DNA from: an uncultured Verrucomicrobiae bacterium
GTDB taxonomy: Bacteria; Verrucomicrobiota; Verrucomicrobiia; Chthoniobacterales; UBA10450
NCBI GenBank assembly: GCA_963735805.1
Contig: CAVTMK010000003.1
Coordinates: forward strand, 64,001 to 128,000
Direction: 5' to 3'
DNA: 64,000 bases
Shown: in pieces, positions 59,488 to 64,000 of the stretch
Numbering within the stretch: the stretch's first letter is position 1
How the letters are laid out: each line of letters begins with the position of its first letter
Translations under genes and position numbers: made by a program
The notes under the pieces: generated by a model
The model's database searches: none
Told to the model about the DNA's origin: nothing
What the model saw: only the letters and a program-made list of their open reading frames with translations

Positions 59488-60030
59488 ATGACCCAACAGC
59501 AAGATTTTGTTCAACCGAAGCAATTGCATTTCACAGACGACGGCATTTTCCCAAATAGCGTTCTGCCGTTGCTGTTCTATCAGCGGGCGATCGCGATTGA
59601 AGCCAAAGACCCTGCGTCGATCTTCGAGAAATGTTTCTTGGATAACGATTGGACTAACTCATGGCGGAACGGTGTTTATTCTTTTCCTCACTACCACAGT
59701 ACGTCACATGAAGCGCTTGGTGTTTATTCCGGCACAGCGACTTTGCGCCTCGGCGGCAAGGACGGCAGGAACGTCGAGGTGCAATCTGGCGACATAATTG
59801 TTATCCCCGCGGGTGTGGCGCACCAGAACATAGCCGACAGCGATAATTTCGGCGTTGTCGGAGCGTATCCCGGCGGTCGTGAGTGGGATTTGCTGCGGGG
59901 ATTACCGGACGAACGACCAAAGGCCGATCATAACATCGCGGCTTTGCCAATGCCGGATAGCGATCCGATTTACGGAAACGAAGGTCCATTGCGGCGTCTT
60001 TGGAAAGGCGCTGGTGCAAGCTCGAAGTAA
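59488..60030 (+). CDS. YjlB-like cupin protein
   Basis: DDGIFPNS, HYHSTSHE, IPAGVAH, VGAYPGG. Confidence 0.88.
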   Translation: MTQQQDFVQPKQLHFTDDGIFPNSVLPLLFYQRAIAIEAKDPASIFEKCFLDNDWTNSWRNGVYSFPHYHSTSHEALGVYSGTATLRLGGKDGRNVEVQSGDIIVIPAGVAHQNIADSDNFGVVGAYPGGREWDLLRGLPDERPKADHNIAALPMPDSDPIYGNEGPLRRLWKGAGASSK

Positions 60031-60050
60031 TTCATCGGAGATGAACAGAT

Positions 60051-60774
60051 TGTAGGGCAAGCGCATCGCTTGCCAGGTGCTGATGTAAATTGGGAACGCG
60101 CGACATCGCTGGTGAAGCGCCTGCCCTCGAATTCGCAATTACCTTTATTGAAAAAACGTTGTGGGGCGGGTGTTCCCCCTGCCAAACTCTCAAGGTGGGC
60201 CACCCGCCAAGAATTCCGGTTCAGCTGCGCTGGGAACAATCGGTAATTTATTTCGTCACAATCTGCGTGAAACACCGCAAGTGTGTGTTGGCAAACGAGT
60301 CAGCTTTCAAGGCACTCAAGAGCGCGGCTGCAAAGCTTGAAGAATGGCGCGTTCTTGCAGCGATTCTGATGCCGGACCATCTTCATGCGGTCGTTGCGTC
60401 GAGTAAACGCGACGCTAAACTTGGCAATTTTTCCGCTGCGCTGAAACGATGGATGCGGAAAGGATTAAATGCGTCCTGGCAATGGCAGCCGGGTTCTTTT
60501 GATCGTTTGTTACGTTCCAATGAATCGCTCCATGAGAAGTGGCTTTATCTTCAGGAGAATCCGGTCCGTGCAGGTCTGGTTAAAGACTGGAAGGATTGGC
60601 CATACCGCTTCGAGTTTAACCCACAAAAAGAATCGTAGGGACGGCGCATTGGCTGTCGGGGCGGTTGCATGCTTTCCAATTCAGATCAGCGGAATGGCAG
60701 GCGATGCGCCCGCCCTACAACGTCTTGCTTACGTCAAAAGACTCGTGAATTGTAGGGCAAGCGCCCCGCTTGCC
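60051..60774. mobile_element. RAYT locus: transposase flanked by GTAGGGC-type REP palindromes
   Basis: TGTAGGGCAAGCGCATCGCTTGCC (60051-60074), inverted GGCAGGCGATGCGCCCGCCCTACA (60696-60719), TGTAGGGCAAGCGCCCCGCTTGCC (60751-60774), plus degenerate copies. Confidence 0.85.
60195..60638 (+). CDS. REP-associated tyrosine (Y1/HUH) transposase
   Basis: GTG start; IYFVTIC, MPDHLH (HUH), WQPGSFDRLLR, YLQENPVRAGL. Confidence 0.9.
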   Translation: MGHPPRIPVQLRWEQSVIYFVTICVKHRKCVLANESAFKALKSAAAKLEEWRVLAAILMPDHLHAVVASSKRDAKLGNFSAALKRWMRKGLNASWQWQPGSFDRLLRSNESLHEKWLYLQENPVRAGLVKDWKDWPYRFEFNPQKES

Positions 60775-60815
60775 ATTCCGTTCTCGCGCGAGCTAACGCG
60801 GCATCAGTTTTGAAA

Positions 60816-61652
60816 ATGACTGCGTCTAAACAAATTTCTGTTGTTGCAAAGTTTCAGACTCTCCATGAGTCCGGATGTTTTGTGCTCCCTAACCCGTGGG
60901 ACATCGGAACGGCGATCGTTCTTGAACACCTCGGATTCAAAGCCCTCGCCACCACGTCAGCGGGTTTCGCGTTTTCACGCGGGAAACGCGATGGCGGCGT
61001 GCCGCGCGATGAAATGCTCGAGCACATCCGCGATATCGTCGAAACAACTACGTTACCCGTAAACGCTGATTTCCTGGGCGGCTACGCCGACGAACCAGAA
61101 AGCGTCGCAGCTAACGTGCGACTTTGTGTGACAACCGGCGTTGCTGGTTTATCGATCGAAGACAACACAGGTCGAAAGGATGTCCCCCTGTACGAGAAAA
61201 AACTGGCGACCGAACGCATTCGCGCTGCGCGATCGGCGATTGATGCTTCGGGGAGTGGCGCCGTGCTAACCGGTCGCTGCGAAGCCTGGCTGGTCCACGA
61301 TCCCAATCCGTTCCATACCGTTCTCGACAGGCTCGCTGCTTACGCTGAAGCCGGCGCTGATTGTCTCTACGCGCCTGGTGCCAGCCAACCCGATGAGATT
61401 ACGCAAATCGTGAAGATGGTCTCTCCAAAGCCGGTGAACATTCTCGTCTCAGGATTCAATCATCAGCTTTCACTGTCCCAACTGACCGATCTCGGTGTTC
61501 GCCGCATTTCTATCGGCTCCGGACTCGCGCTTGCTGCATGGGGCGTATTCCTCCGTGCTGCGAAAGACATCAAAGCAAACGGCACATTCAATCTTCTCGA
61601 TGACGGCGCTTCCTCTGCGGAACTGAATGAACTGTTTCGGGAAAAAAACTAA
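60816..61652 (+). CDS. Isocitrate lyase/PEP mutase family protein
   Basis: LPNPWD, ATTSAG, PVNAD, SIED, AGADCLYAPG. Confidence 0.9.
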   Translation: MTASKQISVVAKFQTLHESGCFVLPNPWDIGTAIVLEHLGFKALATTSAGFAFSRGKRDGGVPRDEMLEHIRDIVETTTLPVNADFLGGYADEPESVAANVRLCVTTGVAGLSIEDNTGRKDVPLYEKKLATERIRAARSAIDASGSGAVLTGRCEAWLVHDPNPFHTVLDRLAAYAEAGADCLYAPGASQPDEITQIVKMVSPKPVNILVSGFNHQLSLSQLTDLGVRRISIGSGLALAAWGVFLRAAKDIKANGTFNLLDDGASSAELNELFREKN

Positions 61653-61724
61653 ATAGCGATCGCTTTCGATCGGCGTTCACAACTTCGGGTTGGAATTCTC
61701 CCCCAATCAAGCCATCATCGTCGG

Positions 61725-62099
61725 ATGAAAGTCTTAACCATTGTTGCCCGGGTCCTTCTTGGATTGATCTTCGTTTTTTTTGGTTCCAACGGATTGCTGC
61801 ATTTCCTTCCGATGCCACCCCTCCCGCAAGGTGTGACCGGTGAATATTTGCACTCGTTTTTCGCCAGTGGCTACGTTTACGTCATCAGCGGGTTTCAAGT
61901 CATTGGCGGCTTGCTTCTCTTAATCGGTCGCTTCGTTCCGCTGGGCCTGACAATTTTGGCCGCAATCATAGTAAACATTTGGGCGTTCCACCTGTTGATG
62001 GCGCCCGAAGGATTACCGCCGGCAATCGTCGTCGCCGTGCTCGAACTGTTCCTGGTGTGGTCGTATCGCGATCGCTTCGCCGGAATTCTGCGGCCCTGA
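61725..62099 (+). CDS. DoxX-like membrane protein
   Basis: ARVLLGLIFVFFG, IVNIWAFH, four TM helices. Confidence 0.82.
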   Translation: MKVLTIVARVLLGLIFVFFGSNGLLHFLPMPPLPQGVTGEYLHSFFASGYVYVISGFQVIGGLLLLIGRFVPLGLTILAAIIVNIWAFHLLMAPEGLPPAIVVAVLELFLVWSYRDRFAGILRP

Positions 62100-62108
62100 T
62101 CTGGGACC

Positions 62109-62576
62109 ATGGCTACTACACAAAGCAACGACAAAACAGCCGACGTGGTCGTTCGCGGCGACGCCCGCAGTTTCAAACAGGAGGTTGATGTAGGTAAACA
62201 TCACGTTATCGCGGACGAACCGGAGAGCGCAGGCGGTAGCGATGCAGGGCCCGATCCATACGATTATCTGCTAACATCGCTCGGGGTTTGTACGTCCATG
62301 ACGGTCGGCTTATACGCGCGTCGGAAGCAAATACCCTTGAACAACGTCACGGTTTCGCTCTCGCACTCGCGCATTTATGCAACGGATTGTGAGGAATGTG
62401 AAACGAAGGAGGGAATGCTGGACCGAATTGACGTTGAAGTCGAACTGACTGGATCATTAAGCGCAGAACAGCGCGCGAAGCTAATGGAGATTGCCGGGAA
62501 ATGTCCGGTTCATCGCACCCTCACATCGGAGATCAATATTCGCCTCCGGCCTGCTCAGAAGCCACCTGCCTCGTAA
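62109..62576 (+). CDS. OsmC/YhfA family protein
   Basis: ADEPESAGG, GPDPYDYLLTSLGVCT, KCPVHRTL. Confidence 0.9.
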   Translation: MATTQSNDKTADVVVRGDARSFKQEVDVGKHHVIADEPESAGGSDAGPDPYDYLLTSLGVCTSMTVGLYARRKQIPLNNVTVSLSHSRIYATDCEECETKEGMLDRIDVEVELTGSLSAEQRAKLMEIAGKCPVHRTLTSEINIRLRPAQKPPAS

Positions 62577-62583
62577 GCACTGC

Positions 62584-62663
62584 TGTAGCCGCCTCGCTGT
62601 GTCGAGGCGTGCGTATGGCATTGATCCGCCTCTTAGGCACGGCGACACTGCGCCGTGGCTACA
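62584..62663. repeat. REPIN, GTAGCC family
   Basis: TGTAGCCGCCTCGCTGTGTCGAGGC...CACGGCGACACTGCGCCGTGGCTACA. Confidence 0.8.
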
Positions 62664-62818
62664 GCGCCGGGGCCCACGACTACCTGCTACAGCAAGCGCA
62701 CCTGGAAATACGCGCGGGCAACTGGGATCACACGAAGAAATAACGGCTTTACGTCGCTATTTTGAGAGTCAGAATTAATTTCGGAGGGATCAAACAGATC
62801 AACGGTTGCATCGAATAA

Positions 62819-64000
62819 ATGAAATTCCTCGCGGTCCATCCCAGCTGCCTGATGTATTCGAAGATTTATCTTCGGCTCGAACCACTCGGCCTCGAACTTG
62901 TTGCTGCTGCTGCACGGCGCGCAGGCCACTCTGTTCGCTTGATGGATTTGCAATGCGAACCACACCAGAATTTCTTCCGCTTGGTCAAAAGCTGGCAACC
63001 GGATGTCATCGCGTTTTCGGTTAATTATCTCGCGAACGTCCCCGAAATCATCGATCTCGCCCGAGCTACGCGTGCCCTGTTGCCAGAAACATTCATCTGC
63101 ATCGGGGGACACAGTGTGTCGTTTATCCCCGAAGAAATCTTGCGACACGGTGCGGGCGCCGTGGATTGCGTGCTGACCGGTGAAGGCGAAACGGCGATTG
63201 CCGGTCTGCTCAATGCTCTCGGTCAAAGTCGGGAAAATCTGAAGAATGTTCCTGGATGTGTCACACTGAACCATCGCAACCCGCCGCCCGCGTTCGTGCA
63301 TTCACTCGATGATCTCTTACCTGCACGCGACCTGGTTCAACATCGCCACAAATATTTCATCGGCCAGTTAGACCCGGCCGCTTCCATCGAGTTTAGCCGG
63401 GGCTGTCCGTGGGACTGCGTCTTTTGCAGCGCCTGGACGTTTTACGGACGCAATTACAGAGTAAAAACACCCGAATGCGCCGTCGAGGAATTGGCGCAGA
63501 TCCGCGAGCCCGGAATTTTTATTGTAGACGACGTGGCCTTCATTCAGGCGGAGCACGGAATGCAGCTTGGTGAAGCAATTGCTCGACGCGGGATCCGGAA
63601 ACGTTACTACCTCGAAACACGTGGGGACGTGTTGTTGCGCAACAAAGAGGTATTCCAGTTATGGAAGCGGCTAGGCCTGAATACCATGTTCCTGGGCCTC
63701 GAAGCGATCGATGAAGAGGGATTAAAACGCTACCGCAAACGCGTGACGCTCTCTAAAAATTTCGAAGCACTGGAGTTTGCACGCTCGCTCGACATTTCGG
63801 TGGCTGTCAATATCATCGCCGATCCCGCATGGGACCGCGAACGGTTCAAGGTCGTGCGCGATTGGTGCATGGAAATCCCCGAGGTCGTCAACATCAGTAT
63901 TAACACGCCTTATCCCGGGACAGAAACATGGCACACCGAATCGCGTCGTCTCACGACGCGGGACTACCGCCTATTCGACATTCAACACACTGTGTTACCA
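62819..64000 (+). CDS. hpnR: B12-binding radical SAM enzyme, hopanoid C-3 methylase-like (3' end outside the window)
   Basis: Hand translation: MKFLAVHPSCLMYSKIYLRLEPLGLE, NYLANVPE, GGHS, RGCPWDCVFCSAWTFYG (CxxxCxxC), VDDVAF, YYLETRGD. Confidence 0.85.
   Translation, partial: MKFLAVHPSCLMYSKIYLRLEPLGLELVAAAARRAGHSVRLMDLQCEPHQNFFRLVKSWQPDVIAFSVNYLANVPEIIDLARATRALLPETFICIGGHSVSFIPEEILRHGAGAVDCVLTGEGETAIAGLLNALGQSRENLKNVPGCVTLNHRNPPPAFVHSLDDLLPARDLVQHRHKYFIGQLDPAASIEFSRGCPWDCVFCSAWTFYGRNYRVKTPECAVEELAQIREPGIFIVDDVAFIQAEHGMQLGEAIARRGIRKRYYLETRGDVLLRNKEVFQLWKRLGLNTMFLGLEAIDEEGLKRYRKRVTLSKNFEALEFARSLDISVAVNIIADPAWDRERFKVVRDWCMEIPEVVNISINTPYPGTETWHTESRRLTTRDYRLFDIQHTVLP

Noticed and set aside
60090..60194. 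Longer N-terminus of the RAYT
   Set aside because: It is translated REP sequence; GTG at 60195 fits better
58341..62663. CRISPR array from the recurring palindromes
   Set aside because: Repeats are dispersed inverted pairs, not regularly spaced direct repeats; no cas genes

Overview
A gene-dense bacterial chromosomal segment of accessory, stress and redox genes. Gene styles and repeat families suggest a soil Verrucomicrobiota (Chthoniobacterales-like) genome; this is an inference. Main blocks: (1) 3.0-10.9 kb, a minus-strand cluster built around an ECF42-like sigma factor, with YciI/DGPF, VOC, DUF899, GFA, SnoaL and a BNR beta-propeller plus MoaD/ThiS pair. It carries three exact-spacing copies of a candidate promoter TGTCCTRA-N13-TTCGTYGTAT and several decay lesions. 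(2) A cytoplasmic PAS/GAF histidine kinase, a NarL-type regulator and dps, followed by oxidoreductases and hydrolases. (3) 25.0-29.5 kb, an ECF sigma/anti-sigma module with a Tat-signal metallophosphoesterase, cupredoxin, DUF2231 and a divergent tatA, linked by a second motif RGAATA-N14-CRGT. (4) MFS and SulP transporters, dodecin, an mhqO/mhqD-like pair, GIY-YIG, TMEM175 and GH15. (5) A compact operon joining a caa3-type oxidase (subunits I and III fused) to a Rieske protein and a cytochrome b-c fusion. (6) An RND pump. (7) A REP-associated tyrosine transposase with flanking REPs, plus a second dispersed REPIN family. (8) An hpnR-like hopanoid C-3 methylase running off the right end, missed by the ORF track. 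Relic gene fragments (DUF1428, lipase, adenylate cyclase, SulP) lie in intergenic DNA. No rRNA, tRNA or CRISPR array was seen. All family calls come from motif recognition by eye; no database search was run.
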